Below, in pieces: positions 1-9,380 of a DNA stretch of 64,000 nucleotides. Each line of letters begins with the position of its first letter. Position 1 is the stretch's first letter. Below the pieces are notes generated by a model. That model did no database searches, had not been told where the DNA came from, and saw only the letters and a list, made by a program, of their open reading frames with translations. Source of the stretch: Spirochaetia bacterium. Lineage in GTDB: Bacteria > Spirochaetota > Spirochaetia > SZUA-6 > Bin103. The position numbers and the translations under genes are program-made. The stretch lies in assembly GCA_965208575.1 (NCBI GenBank), contig CBDBOV010000002.1:576001-640000 (forward strand), given 5' to 3'.

Positions 1-597
1 GACCTCGACGCCCACGTGCGCCGGCTGCTCGACCGCGTCGGCCTGCCGCGCTCGGCGGTGCAGCGCTACCCGCACGAGTTCTCCGGCGGCCAGCGGCAGC
101 GTATCGGCATTGCCCGCGCCCTGGCCCTGGCGCCGTCGGTGGTGATCGCCGACGAACCGGTGTCCGCGCTGGACGTATCAATCCAGGCGCAGATCCTCAA
201 CCTGCTGATCGAGCTGCAGGAGGAACTGGGCCTGACCTACCTGTTCATCGCCCACGACCTGGCGGTGGTGCGCTACATCGCGGACCGGGTCGCGGTGATG
301 TACTTGGGCAAGGTCGTGGAACTGGGCGACGCCGAGGAGATCACCGAGGAGCCGCGCCACCCCTACACCATCTCGCTGATGGCATCGGTGCCGGTGGCCG
401 ACCCGGACCAGCCGCTTGCCGGCGGCGGTGCCTCCGGAGACGTGCCGTCACCGGTCAATCCGCCCTCCGGCTGCCCCTTCCACCCGCGCTGCCCCTACCG
501 GGTCGACGCCTGCAGCCGCACCATGCCCGACCTGGTCACCGACCGCCACGGCCACGCCCTCGCCTGCCACAACCCGCCGCCTGCCGCCGCCTCGTGA
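1..597 (+). CDS. Oligopeptide/dipeptide ABC transporter ATP-binding subunit (5'-partial)
   Basis: [19 protein letters not shown] signature, ADEPVSALD Walker B, C-terminal [11 protein letters not shown] oligo_HPY motif; frame open from base 1. Confidence 0.93.
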   Translation, partial: DLDAHVRRLLDRVGLPRSAVQRYPHEFSGGQRQRIGIARALALAPSVVIADEPVSALDVSIQAQILNLLIELQEELGLTYLFIAHDLAVVRYIADRVAVMYLGKVVELGDAEEITEEPRHPYTISLMASVPVADPDQPLAGGGASGDVPSPVNPPSGCPFHPRCPYRVDACSRTMPDLVTDRHGHALACHNPPPAAAS

Positions 598-688
598 TCG
601 CGGCACCTGCCGTGCGTGCCGGGCCCACCATTGCCCACCATCGGCACGCCCTGTAGCGGGAGGCGCCGGCCCCGGGTAGCATGAACTG

Positions 689-2239
689 GTGACCAAGCGC
701 AGACTGCCGATTGGCATCCAGACGTTCCGTGAGTTGCGGGAGCGAAACTGCTACTACGTGGACAAGACCGCCCACGTCGAGCGCCTGCTCGACGAGGGCA
801 AGCACTACTTTCTGTCGCGGCCGCGGCGCTTCGGCAAGAGTCTGTTCCTCGACACGCTCAAGGAGTGCTTCGAGGGCAACCAGGCGCTGTTCGCGGGGCT
901 GTACATCCACGACCGGTACGACTGGTCGCAGCGCCACCCGGTGGTGCGGCTGAGCTTCGGCGGCGGCACCTTCACCGAGCCGGAGGCGCTGAACGCGGAC
1001 GTGATGGCGCAACTGGACGGTCTCGCGCGGGACAACGGGATCCCGGTGCGGTACGACACCGCTCCGGCGCGCTTCCGGCATCTGCTGCAGGCTCTGCACA
1101 AGGAGACGGGCCGGCGCGTAGTAGTGCTGGTGGACGAGTACGACAAGCCGATCCTGGACGCGCTTGTGGATGCGCCGGAGGTGGCGCGCGCCAACCGCGA
1201 CTACCTGCGCGGCCTATACGGGGTGATCAAGGACTGTGACGCACATGTGCGGTTCACGTTCCTGACCGGCATCAGCAAGTTCTCGAAGGTCAACCTGTTC
1301 TCGCAGTTGAACAACCTTACCGACCTCACCCTGCACCGTCGCTACTCGTCCATCTGCGGCTATACCGAGGCCGACCTGGACGCGGTGTTCGCGCCGGAGC
1401 TCGATGGACTGGACCGGGAGCAGGTGCGCGAGTGGTACAACGGCTATAGGTGGCGCGGCGCGGAGAAGGTCTACAACCCGTACGATCTGCTGTTGCTGTT
1501 TGACAGCCGGGAATTCGCTGCGCACTGGTTCGAGACGGGTACGCCGGCGTTTCTGGTGGATACGCTGTTTGAGCGGCGGGTCTCGTCGGTGTCGTTGGAC
1601 CGGACGGTGAGCACGGCGGAGCTACTGTCGTCGTTCGACGTGCACCACGTCGGCACGGAGGCGCTGCTGTTCCAGACCGGCTACCTGACGATCACCGGGG
1701 AAGAAGAACTGGGCGGCGAGCTGCTGTACCGGCTGGGCTATCCGAATCGGGAAGTGCGGCAGAGCCTGAACCGGGTGCTGCTGCGCCACCTGGTGCAGGA
1801 CGCGGCGCGGCAGATGGAGAACAGCATGCGCTTGGCGCGCCTGCTTGCGGCGCACGACTGCGCCGGGCTGGAGGAGCTCTTCAAGTCATTCTTTGCGAGC
1901 GTCCCGTACCAATGGTACACCAACAACGACATAGCGAACTACGAGGGCTACTACGCGAGCGTGATCTACTCGTACTTCGCCGCCCTGGGCTACGAGATCG
2001 CCGTCGAAGAGTCCAGCAGCCACGGCCGGCTGGACATGGCCGTGCGCACCGGCGGTCACGTCTACCTGTTCGAGTTCAAGGTGGTGGAGATGGCGCCGCC
2101 GGGGTCGGCGCTGGCGCAGTTGCAGGAGCGCGACTACGCGGCCAAGTACCGAGACCGGGGCGAGCCGATCCACCTGATCGGCGTGGAGTTCAGCCGCAAG
2201 ACGCGCAACGTCACCGCCTTCGAGGTGGCCGACGGCTGA
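689..2239 (+). CDS. AAA-ATPase-like domain plus PD-(D/E)XK nuclease (DUF1703-type) protein
   Basis: LPIGIQTF...YYVDKT, SRPRRFGKS Walker A, LVDEYDKP, C-terminal GRLDM...FEFK; TAGCAT 6 nt upstream of GTG. Confidence 0.9.
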   Translation: MTKRRLPIGIQTFRELRERNCYYVDKTAHVERLLDEGKHYFLSRPRRFGKSLFLDTLKECFEGNQALFAGLYIHDRYDWSQRHPVVRLSFGGGTFTEPEALNADVMAQLDGLARDNGIPVRYDTAPARFRHLLQALHKETGRRVVVLVDEYDKPILDALVDAPEVARANRDYLRGLYGVIKDCDAHVRFTFLTGISKFSKVNLFSQLNNLTDLTLHRRYSSICGYTEADLDAVFAPELDGLDREQVREWYNGYRWRGAEKVYNPYDLLLLFDSREFAAHWFETGTPAFLVDTLFERRVSSVSLDRTVSTAELLSSFDVHHVGTEALLFQTGYLTITGEEELGGELLYRLGYPNREVRQSLNRVLLRHLVQDAARQMENSMRLARLLAAHDCAGLEELFKSFFASVPYQWYTNNDIANYEGYYASVIYSYFAALGYEIAVEESSSHGRLDMAVRTGGHVYLFEFKVVEMAPPGSALAQLQERDYAAKYRDRGEPIHLIGVEFSRKTRNVTAFEVADG

Positions 2240-2342
2240 CCCATGAGCACACCCGCATCTGAGCCATGACGGCCACCTCGGAGCTGCATTCCTGATGGCG
2301 CTGACGCCGACCGCTCCAGACCGTAGGCCGAGCTGTACCGAG

Positions 2343-2675
2343 CTATGTGCCGGCGGCGCCCTGTCCGGCCGCAGCCGAGTCAGGTACAGCTTCGGCACGC
2401 AGCTTCAGGCCTAGTGCCCCGATGACTCTGAGAACCGTACCCAGGGTCGGATTACGCTCTCCCGAAAGCGCCTTGTAGAGACTTTCTCGGGACAACCCGG
2501 CATCGCACGCAACTTGCGCCATGCCCTTGGCACGGGCGATATCGCCCAGCGCCTTGGCGATGAACGCTGCATCGCCGTCGGCCTCCTCCAGACATGCTTC
2601 CAGATATGCGGCCATCTCCTCCGAAGTGCGGAGGTGCTCGGCGACGTCATAGCGTGATGTAACGGTCCTGTTCAT
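2343..2675 (-). CDS. Addiction module antidote protein (HI1420-like HTH)
   Basis: YDVAEHL...ALGDIARAKGMAQVA..AGLSRESLYKALSGERNP; directly downstream of killer gene. Confidence 0.88.
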   Translation of the reverse strand: MNRTVTSRYDVAEHLRTSEEMAAYLEACLEEADGDAAFIAKALGDIARAKGMAQVACDAGLSRESLYKALSGERNPTLGTVLRVIGALGLKLRAEAVPDSAAAGQGAAGT

Positions 2676-2684
2676 GGCACCCAC

Positions 2685-2975
2685 CTACAGGTTTCGTGAG
2701 AGCCGAATCGCCGTCTCTATATCCCGACTCTGGGTCCGTTTGTCCCCGCCGGCCAACAGCACGACAATCGTGCGACTCTGCTGTTTGAAGTACACCCGGT
2801 AACCGGGGCCGTAGTCGATCCGAAGTTCCGAGACACCTTCGCCCACGGGCCTGACATCTCCCGGGTTTCCGATGGCCAGACGCTCGACCCGAACCAGAAC
2901 CCGCGCCCGGGCGCGGGTATCCCGCAAGCCGTCCAGCCACTTGGCGTAGATTTCGGTCTTGCGAACCTCGAACAT
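2685..2975 (-). CDS. Addiction module killer protein (HI1419-like, RelE/ParE superfamily)
   Basis: GNPGDVRPVGEGVSELRIDYGPGYRVYF motif. Confidence 0.9.
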   Translation of the reverse strand: MFEVRKTEIYAKWLDGLRDTRARARVLVRVERLAIGNPGDVRPVGEGVSELRIDYGPGYRVYFKQQSRTIVVLLAGGDKRTQSRDIETAIRLSRNL

Positions 2976-2981
2976 GTACGG

Positions 2982-3011
2982 ATAGTAGCCAGACGGCTAC
3001 ATGCCTGTCAA
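2982..3011 (-). promoter_or_regulatory. Sigma70 promoter with palindromic operator for the killer/antidote operon
   Basis: TTGACA (3006-3011), 18 nt, TACTAT (2982-2987), 6 nt, ATG; inverted repeat GTAGCC-agac-GGCTAC at 2985-3000. Confidence 0.7.
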
Positions 3012-3252
3012 TCTGTGCTTCGGTGACAGATAACGTCGTCGCCGTTCACTCTGGTTGCCGAAGCCGCGCAGGGTCTGGGCAGTCCATATCGGCACCAGCG
3101 ACACAGTCCTGCTGATCGGTGTCTGCACCTGCTGCGGGACCGAGGCACGCCAGCACGCCCCTCGACGGCCCGGTCTATTACTTCAAGTCGAGACCTCCAA
3201 TCGGTCAGAGCACCTCGCTACACCGCCTCGGCAATGGCCCGAGTGCACCGGC

Positions 3253-3403
3253 GTCCCACCGCACTACTGCGATCCGGGTGGGCGGCGGCGGACGGTGAAC
3301 TCGCGTTCGTTGGGGCGCAAGCGGCGGCGCTCGGCGGTCCACGCCTGTTGCTGCAGCCGCTCCTGGGCGTGGACCTCTACACGGCGCGTGGCTGACTCCT
3401 GCT
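3253..3403 (-). repeat. Diverged copy 1 of the ppk1 3' end
   Basis: Aligns by eye to ~5996-6145 (gtcccaccg..ctact..ccgggtgggcggcggcggacggtgaactc...). Confidence 0.85.
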
Positions 3404-3449
3404 GTGTGGGATGGCTTGACGGGTACCGTCAGAGAGCCATACTGCCGGC

Positions 3450-3671
3450 GTGGGCGTGGTAACGGTATGTCTGGATGAAGAGCTCCATCGCGCGCTTCGT
3501 CTGAAGTCCGCCGAGACGTGCGAGTCGATGTCCGAACTGGTCAACGATGCGCTTCGCCTGCTCCTGGCGGAGGACCTGGAGGATATCTCCGCGTGGCGGG
3601 AGCGCCGGTCGGAGGGGCCAATCGCGTACGAGGAGTTCCTGACGCAGCTTGCGTACGACGGCACGATCTGA
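3450..3671 (+). CDS. CopG/RHH-family antitoxin
   Basis: TVCLDEELHRALRLKSAE..SMSELVNDALR; TTGACG-16-CATACT promoter with TGACGG/CCGTCA palindrome upstream. Confidence 0.8.
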   Translation: MGVVTVCLDEELHRALRLKSAETCESMSELVNDALRLLLAEDLEDISAWRERRSEGPIAYEEFLTQLAYDGTI

Positions 3672-3896
3672 GACTACGGGATTCGGTTTATCCCATCCGT
3701 CCGCAAGGGTCTCCGCGACCTGCCGCTCGGCGCACTCCGAAAGCAATCGATCAACTTGCGGACGATCCGCGCCCCCCGAATTGCGGCGAGCTGACCGGTG
3801 ACGACCTATCACATTCGGGTAGGGGTCTGCCGAGTCGTATACGAGGTCCACGGCCGTGACTTGGTCATCGTGGTCGCGAAGGTGGGCCATCGCCGG
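3672..3896 (+). pseudogene. RelE/ParE toxin, frameshifted
   Basis: Pieces in different frames: YGIRFIPSVRKGLRDLP / AIDQLADDPRPPNCGELTG / YHIRVGVCRVVYEV..VAKVGHR. Confidence 0.75.
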
Positions 3897-4007
3897 CCAA
3901 CAGCACGACGAATCGTGCGACTCTGCCGCTTGAAGTACACCCGGTAAACCGGGTCCGTGGTCGATCCGAAGTTCCGAGACACCTTCGCCCACGGGCCCGA
4001 CATCTCC
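3891..4007 (-). pseudogene. Internal fragment duplicating the killer gene (~2748-2862)
   Basis: Near-copy of cgccggccaacagcacgac..gttccgagacaccttcgcccacgggc with indels. Confidence 0.85.
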
Positions 4008-4310
4008 CGCCGCACTACTACGAGCCGAGTGGGCGGCGGCGGACGGTGAACTCGTGGTCGTCGGGGCGCACGCGGCGCCACTCGGCGGTCCAGGCCTGCT
4101 GCTGCAGACGCTCCTGCGCGTGGATCTCGACCCGCCGCTTGCCTGATTCCTGCGGTGGCGGGCACCGCTTGCGGTAGCGGCCGTCGGGTTGCAGTTCGTA
4201 GGAGTGGCAGTTGTCGGCGAAGTACAACTCCAGGATCCGCACCTGGCGGCGGCGCAGGTCGGGCTGCTCCACGGGAAATATCAGTTCCACGCGCCGCTCC
4301 AGATTGGCGC
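4008..4310 (-). repeat. Diverged copy 2 of the ppk1 3' end (about 90 C-terminal codons, frame intact)
   Basis: ORF 4018-4290 nearly identical to the Ppk1 C-terminus (ELIFPVEQPDLRRR...FTVRRRP). Confidence 0.92.
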
Positions 4311-4426
4311 GCCTGTAACGTGTCTCCGACCGGCAAGGTGGTACCTGGAGTACCCCCGGAACTGCCCGGCGGCCTGGTAGATTGACCGTGTTCCCGGAGC
4401 CGCCGCCGGAAGCACGGTCGCGGGTT

Positions 4427-4810
4427 CTACCTCAAGCCCTGCTGGAGCCGCCGGAGTTCCTTGAGCGTCGGGTTGTGCTCCAGGCCCTGCTGGAGTTGGC
4501 GGAGTTCCTTGAGCGCCGGGCTCTGCTCCAAGCCCTGCTGGAGCCGCCCATCTGCTTGCGACTGTATCCTGTGCACGTAGCTTTCGAGGACTTGGTTGAT
4601 CCGGGTTTGATAGCCTCTCCCTGAGGCCTTGAAATGGGCCAACACGGAGCCCTTCACACGTAAGGTGATCTGCACGGTGCGGTCGGGCTCGACCAGCTTC
4701 GCTTCCCGCCAAAGGCCGTCGTCCAGTTCAGGGACATCGCTGAAGTCGATATCCTCATCCTTTACCGCGGCGATCTGTTCGAGCGTGAGAGGCTTGTCGT
4801 ATCTGGTCAT
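4427..4810 (-). CDS. BrnA-family antitoxin with repetitive C-terminal extension
   Basis: DEDIDFSDVPEL...ITLRV..VLAHFKASGRGYQTRINQVL. Confidence 0.85.
   Translation of the reverse strand: MTRYDKPLTLEQIAAVKDEDIDFSDVPELDDGLWREAKLVEPDRTVQITLRVKGSVLAHFKASGRGYQTRINQVLESYVHRIQSQADGRLQQGLEQSPALKELRQLQQGLEHNPTLKELRRLQQGLR
4433..4549. repeat. 48-bp tandem repeat, about 2.4 copies (LQQGLExxPxLKELRx)
   Basis: caagccctgctggag at 4433, caggccctgctggag at 4481, caagccctgctggag at 4529. Confidence 0.85.
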
Positions 4811-4890
4811 GGTATGTCTCCCGTTCCCTACGGCCCGCCGGACGAGCGGATATCAATCGAATCCGCCCGTTCCGGTCGGTATGGGCGGCA
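4800..4890 (-). pseudogene. BrnT toxin C-terminal remnant
   Basis: AHTDRNGRIRLISARPAGRRERETY overlapping the BrnA start; 5' part missing. Confidence 0.7.
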
Positions 4891-4897
4891 CCCTCGC

Positions 4898-4927
4898 TTG
4901 AAGAGTATAGCGGGCACGCTATATAGT
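4898..4927 (+). promoter_or_regulatory. Promoter with operator palindrome for the RelE/HTH module
   Basis: TTGAAG-18-TATAGT-5 nt-ATG; TATAGCG-ggca-CGCTATA at 4906-4923. Confidence 0.65.
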
Positions 4928-4932
4928 TCGGC

Positions 4933-5256
4933 ATGGGCTGGACGGTTGAGACTGTTGCTGCCGTCGACGCCGAGATCAAGGCCCTGCCGATGAAGTTGAG
5001 CGCGCGGTTGGTCCGTCTGCTGGAGACGGTGGAGAACGTCGGCCTGGAGGCACTTCGCGCCCCGCACGTCAAGCATCTCGACGGCAAGCTCTGGGAGCTT
5101 CGGGTCAGAGCCGAGGGAGGAATCGCCAGAGGGATCTACGTGACGGCAGCGGAACGACGGGTGGTGGTTCTGCATGTGTTCGCGAAGAAGTCGCGGAAGA
5201 CGCCTCGGCGGGCGCTTGTGACCGCCAGGGAACGTATGAAGCAGGTGGTGCTATGA
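4933..5256 (+). CDS. RelE/ParE-superfamily toxin (Gp49/DUF891-like)
   Basis: PHVKHLDGKLWELR..GIARGIY...LHVFAKKSRKTP. Confidence 0.9.
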   Translation: MGWTVETVAAVDAEIKALPMKLSARLVRLLETVENVGLEALRAPHVKHLDGKLWELRVRAEGGIARGIYVTAAERRVVVLHVFAKKSRKTPRRALVTARERMKQVVL

Positions 5257-5543
5257 CGAGACTGAAGGACCTGAAGAAGAGCCTCATGGAGAACCCTGAG
5301 TTCCGGGAGGAGTACGCGCGAGCTGATGATGAGTTCAAGCTGATCGAGGCGTTGGTGCGCGCCCGCACGGCGGCAAAGCTGACACAAGCAGAGATCGCCC
5401 GTCGCCTTGGCACAACCCAGTCTGCCGTCGCACGTTTGGAGGGCGGCCGGGTATCGCCGTCCTTGGCCACCTTGCGGCGCTATGCCGAGGCGACTGGTAC
5501 GCGGTTGACAGTGGGCCTGGAGCGGGACGTCCCGGGCAGATGA
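5253..5543 (+). CDS. XRE-family HTH antitoxin
   Basis: LTQAEIARRLGTTQSAVARLEGG..PSLATLRRYA; ATGA overlap with toxin. Confidence 0.9.
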   Translation: MTRLKDLKKSLMENPEFREEYARADDEFKLIEALVRARTAAKLTQAEIARRLGTTQSAVARLEGGRVSPSLATLRRYAEATGTRLTVGLERDVPGR

Positions 5544-5767
5544 GGTTGACACCGGCACCGATGTGCTGGACGCTGGCGGCATGCGGCGTTACTGCCTCCG
5601 CGGACGTGTAGGCTGAGGCCGATGCTGTCACCCATTCACGTAGTGGCGCGCCGTCCCGCCCCGTGCCACTTCGCCCACCTGCCGGGCCGCGGGCGCGGAG
5701 CCGCTCATCGGCGCAACCTGGGCGCGAATCCGGGCCGCGGCGGCCCCTTGGGAGGCCGGCAATTCCC

Positions 5768-5943
5768 CCGGCCGGCTGGACATGGCGGTGCGCACGGGCG
5801 CCCACGTCCACTTGTTCGAGTTCGGGGTGGCCGAGATGCCGCCGGGGTCGGCGCTGGTGCAGTTGCAGGAGCGGACTACGCGGCCAAGTACCGAGGTCGG
5901 GGCGAGCCGATCCACCTGATCGGCGTGGAGTTCAGCCGCAAGG
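5768..5943 (+). pseudogene. Degenerate copy of the 3' end of the AAA/PD-(D/E)XK gene (~2023-2200)
   Basis: ggctggacatggcggtgcgcac...atccacctgatcggcgtggagttcagccgcaag matches with a frameshift. Confidence 0.85.
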
Positions 5944-6009
5944 ACGATCCGCGTCTTAGGGTGAAGCAACGGTCCTGTTCATGGCACCCACCTACGTCCC
6001 ACCGAACTA

Positions 6010-8157
6010 CTACGAGCCGGGTGGGCGGCGGCGGACGGTGAACTCGTGGTCGTCGGGGCGCACGCGGCGCCGCTCGGCGGTCCAGGCCTGTTGCTGCAGG
6101 CGCTCCTGGGCGTGGATCTCCACCCGCCGCTTGCCTGATTCCGGCGCTGGCGGGCGCCGCTTGCGGTAGCGGCCGTCGGGTTGCAGTTCGTAGGAGTGGC
6201 AGTTGTCGGCGAAGTAGAGCTCCAGGATCCGCACCAGGCGGCGGCGCAGGTCGGGCTGCTCCACGGGAAACATCAGTTCCACGCGCCGCTCCAGGTTGCG
6301 CGGCATCCAGTCGGCGCTCGCCAGGTAGACCTGCTCGGCGCCGCCGTTGCGGAAGTAGGCGATACGGCTGTGCTCCAGGAAACGGCCGACGACGCTTACC
6401 ACGCGAATCGTGTCGCTCAGCCCCGCCACCTGCGGGCGCAGCAGGCACACGCCGCGCACGTTCAGGAGCACCGTCACGCCGGCCTGCGAGGCGGCGTACA
6501 GGGCGGCGATCACGTCGGGGTCGGACAGTGAATTCATCTTGGCCATGATCAGGCCGCCGCTGTCGGCGACGGCCGCCTCGCGCTGGATGTGGGCGAGCAG
6601 GGTCCGCTTGAGGGCCGCGGGGGCCATCGCCAGGTGCTGGAACCGGGGCGCCGACGAGTAGCCGGTGACGGCGTTGAAGAACAGGGTGGCCTCGCGCCCG
6701 ATCGCGTCGCGGGCGGTGAGCAGGCCGATGTCGGTGTACAGCCGCGCCGTGGTGTCGTTGTAGTTGCCGGTGCCCAGGTGGGTATAGGTGCGCACGCCGC
6801 CCTCCTCGCGGCGCACGATGAGCAGCGCCTTGGCGTGCACCTTCAGCCCGGCGATGCCATACACCACGATCGCCCCGGCGCGCTCCAGGCGCGCGGCCCA
6901 GTCGATGTTCTGCTGCTCGTCGAAGCGCGCCTTGATCTCGACCAGTGCCGTGACCTGCTTGCCGTTGGCGGCGGCGCGCTCCAGGGCGTGCACCACCGGC
7001 GAGTCTCCCGAGGTGCGGTACAGGGTCATCTTGATGGCGAGCACCGCGTCGTCGCCGGCCGCCGCCTGCAGCAGGCCGAGGACGTGGTCGAAGGTCTCGA
7101 ACGGATGGTGCAGCAGCACGTCGCGGCGCCGCAGCACCAGCCACGGGTCGGCCTCGGCCAGCACGGGGGCGGGCAGGGGGCGCCACGACGGGAAGCACAG
7201 CTCGCGCCGGCCGCTGTCCGGCAGCGCCTTCAGGCCGGTAAGGTCGATCGGCGCCACCCGGTAGATGTCCTGCTCGGCAAGGTCCAGTTGAGCGGCCAGC
7301 AGATCGGCCATGGCGTCGCCGCTCGCATCGATCTCCAGCCGTACCACTCCGCTGCTGCGCCGCTCCACCAGCACCGCGGCCATCGCTTCGATGAAGTCCT
7401 CGTCGGTGGCCTCGTCCACCTCCAGGTCGGCGTCGCGGGTGACCCGGAACACCGCATGTTCGGCAATCCGGTAGCCGGGGAACAACTGCCCGGCGTGCAG
7501 CACGATCGAGTCCTCGGCGAGCAGGTAGCTCGCCTCGCGGCGCCCGCGGGAGGGAATCGGGCGCAGCCGGTCGAGGCCGCTAGGGATCGCCACCAGCGCG
7601 ATCTGCTCGCCGCCGTCGGCTTCGTCCGCCACAAGTGCTGCCGCCTCGCCTCCGGTGGCGACCGGCTCCAGGCGGAATGCGAGGTGCAGGCGCAAGCCGG
7701 CCACGGCGGCCGCCCCGTCATCGGCCATGCGAACCGACGACAGGGCAGGGAAGATCTGGAACCGGAAGTCATCGGCCGCCGCCGTGCGTTGCTCCCCGGT
7801 CAGGTCGGCCGCGGCAACTAGGTGCACACCGGCGGCGTGAAGCTGCGGCACGATCCGCGAGTGCAGTGCGCGGTACTGGCCCGCGACCACCTCGTGCACG
7901 GCGGCCGCCACCTGCTCCAGGCGCTGGCTGCTGCCGGCGGCGCCGCCCAGCTCCCGCTTCAGCGCCGCCACGCGCACCATGAAGAACTCGTCGAAGTTGG
8001 AGCTCACGATGGTCAGGAAGCGCACCCGCTCCAGCAGCGGCACCTCCTCGCGCCGCGCCTGGTCGAGCACGCGGCGGTTGAACTCCACCCAGCTCAACTC
8101 GCGGTCGAGGAGGGTCTCTTCGGGCGCCGGAGACAGCTCAAGGTCGGGGCCGGCCAT
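6010..8157 (-). CDS. ppk1: Polyphosphate kinase 1
   Basis: DRELSWVEFNRRVL, SNFDEFFMVRVA, LHHPFETF, IKMTLYRT, KARFDE, HLGTGNYN, RFLEHSR, SADWMPRNL. Confidence 0.97.
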   Translation of the reverse strand: MAGPDLELSPAPEETLLDRELSWVEFNRRVLDQARREEVPLLERVRFLTIVSSNFDEFFMVRVAALKRELGGAAGSSQRLEQVAAAVHEVVAGQYRALHSRIVPQLHAAGVHLVAAADLTGEQRTAAADDFRFQIFPALSSVRMADDGAAAVAGLRLHLAFRLEPVATGGEAAALVADEADGGEQIALVAIPSGLDRLRPIPSRGRREASYLLAEDSIVLHAGQLFPGYRIAEHAVFRVTRDADLEVDEATDEDFIEAMAAVLVERRSSGVVRLEIDASGDAMADLLAAQLDLAEQDIYRVAPIDLTGLKALPDSGRRELCFPSWRPLPAPVLAEADPWLVLRRRDVLLHHPFETFDHVLGLLQAAAGDDAVLAIKMTLYRTSGDSPVVHALERAAANGKQVTALVEIKARFDEQQNIDWAARLERAGAIVVYGIAGLKVHAKALLIVRREEGGVRTYTHLGTGNYNDTTARLYTDIGLLTARDAIGREATLFFNAVTGYSSAPRFQHLAMAPAALKRTLLAHIQREAAVADSGGLIMAKMNSLSDPDVIAALYAASQAGVTVLLNVRGVCLLRPQVAGLSDTIRVVSVVGRFLEHSRIAYFRNGGAEQVYLASADWMPRNLERRVELMFPVEQPDLRRRLVRILELYFADNCHSYELQPDGRYRKRRPPAPESGKRRVEIHAQERLQQQAWTAERRRVRPDDHEFTVRRRPPGS

Positions 8158-8727
8158 GCCCCTACTCTACACCCACCCCGGCCCCGTGACGACGCCGGCA
8201 GGGCGGGAACATCAGACGCGGTAGCCTTGGACCTATGGTGGACGATGCGCGAGGCAACCTGCCGTCCCGACAGATAGCGAACATGAAGAGAATCGGAAAA
8301 GCGCGGCGTGCACCCCTTGAGGCGACGTGCGGGCTCCTATTGGCTCGCCGTGTTGCGCGCCGGCCCTCCGACTGCCCGGAAACGACTTGGCCTCCTCATG
8401 CACGACAGCACCCGCCGGGCGACCCTCCAGGCGGCGCTTCAACACCACGAGGACTGGGTGAAGTCGGTTATCTTTAATCCCATGTTATACTTACGATGTG
8501 CTTGATACGCTTTCTCCCGCTATATAGTCCACCGTCGCCGTGCTCCCCGATTACCTCCTCCTGGCGCAGAACACCACCGCGCCCGGCACAAGCAGCCACT
8601 GCCGATCCTGGTCTTCGACCACCAGCGCGAGATTGAGGCGCCCCCCTCCACCTGACCCGCGAATACCTTAGCCTGTTCGATTACGCGATCATAGGGTCTA
8701 ATTGTAAGTAAAATAAAGGGTTACACG

Positions 8728-8763
8728 CTTATCCAAGTTTGCCGTTATTGCTTTCGCAACCCC
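8728..8763 (-). mobile_element. Orphan putative transposon terminal inverted repeat
   Basis: Reverse complement GGGGTTGCGAAAGCAATAACGGCAAACTTGGATAAG has the Tn3-like GGGG...TAAG layout in an AT-rich patch; no partner end or transposase seen. Confidence 0.35.
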
Positions 8764-9380
8764 TTGGTGGTTTCCGAACATCCTTGATTCGCTTTGGTGT
8801 GGTGCCGTGACACGCGCGGAGCCGGTCATCGAGACCGTGGACCGCTCGGCCACCGCCGCACCAACGTCCCTGACCTGCTCTCACGCAGCTTGGGATTCCG
8901 TCAAGACGGTAGACATGAACGTTGCGACGGTGACGCCGAGCCGGGCGGCGTGTGCAGCGCCAAAGGTACGGACCGGCGCACGCATCATCCTCGCTTCTGG
9001 CCGGACGGCCCTAATCATCGCAAGACGTTGTCGATGAAGCCATCGACGAGAATGAGGAGGCCGTATCGCTCACAACGCCCCGAACGCGCGCATCGCCGAC
9101 ACAGCGGTCGCCCGCCAAACGGTATGCACTCTACTACCTGGCTACCGGTCCAATCGATTCGGGTCCACCGCACCTTCGAACAGCGCCTCGATCACTGCCG
9201 CCGCCATCACCGTCTCACGCTAGGTCGGCCACGATCACCACCGGCGCCGCCCCCCGGCGCCGCCGCGCCGCTGACTACGGCCCTCCGTCAGCGGCGGCCC
9301 ACCTCACTCCCAATCAGAGGGCTGCCAACCGCCTCGGCATTCTCACCTTGATTGTCGCTGCGTTCTCATCTTGGTTGTCG

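Noticed and set aside
2343-5543. Integron cassette array
   Set aside because: No intI gene and no recognisable attC (RYYYAAC...GTTRRRY) sites; modules lie on both strands
8235-9351. Several short ORFs between ppk1 and the intron
   Set aside because: No recognisable motifs or consistent frame; probably decayed fragments that cannot be assigned by eye
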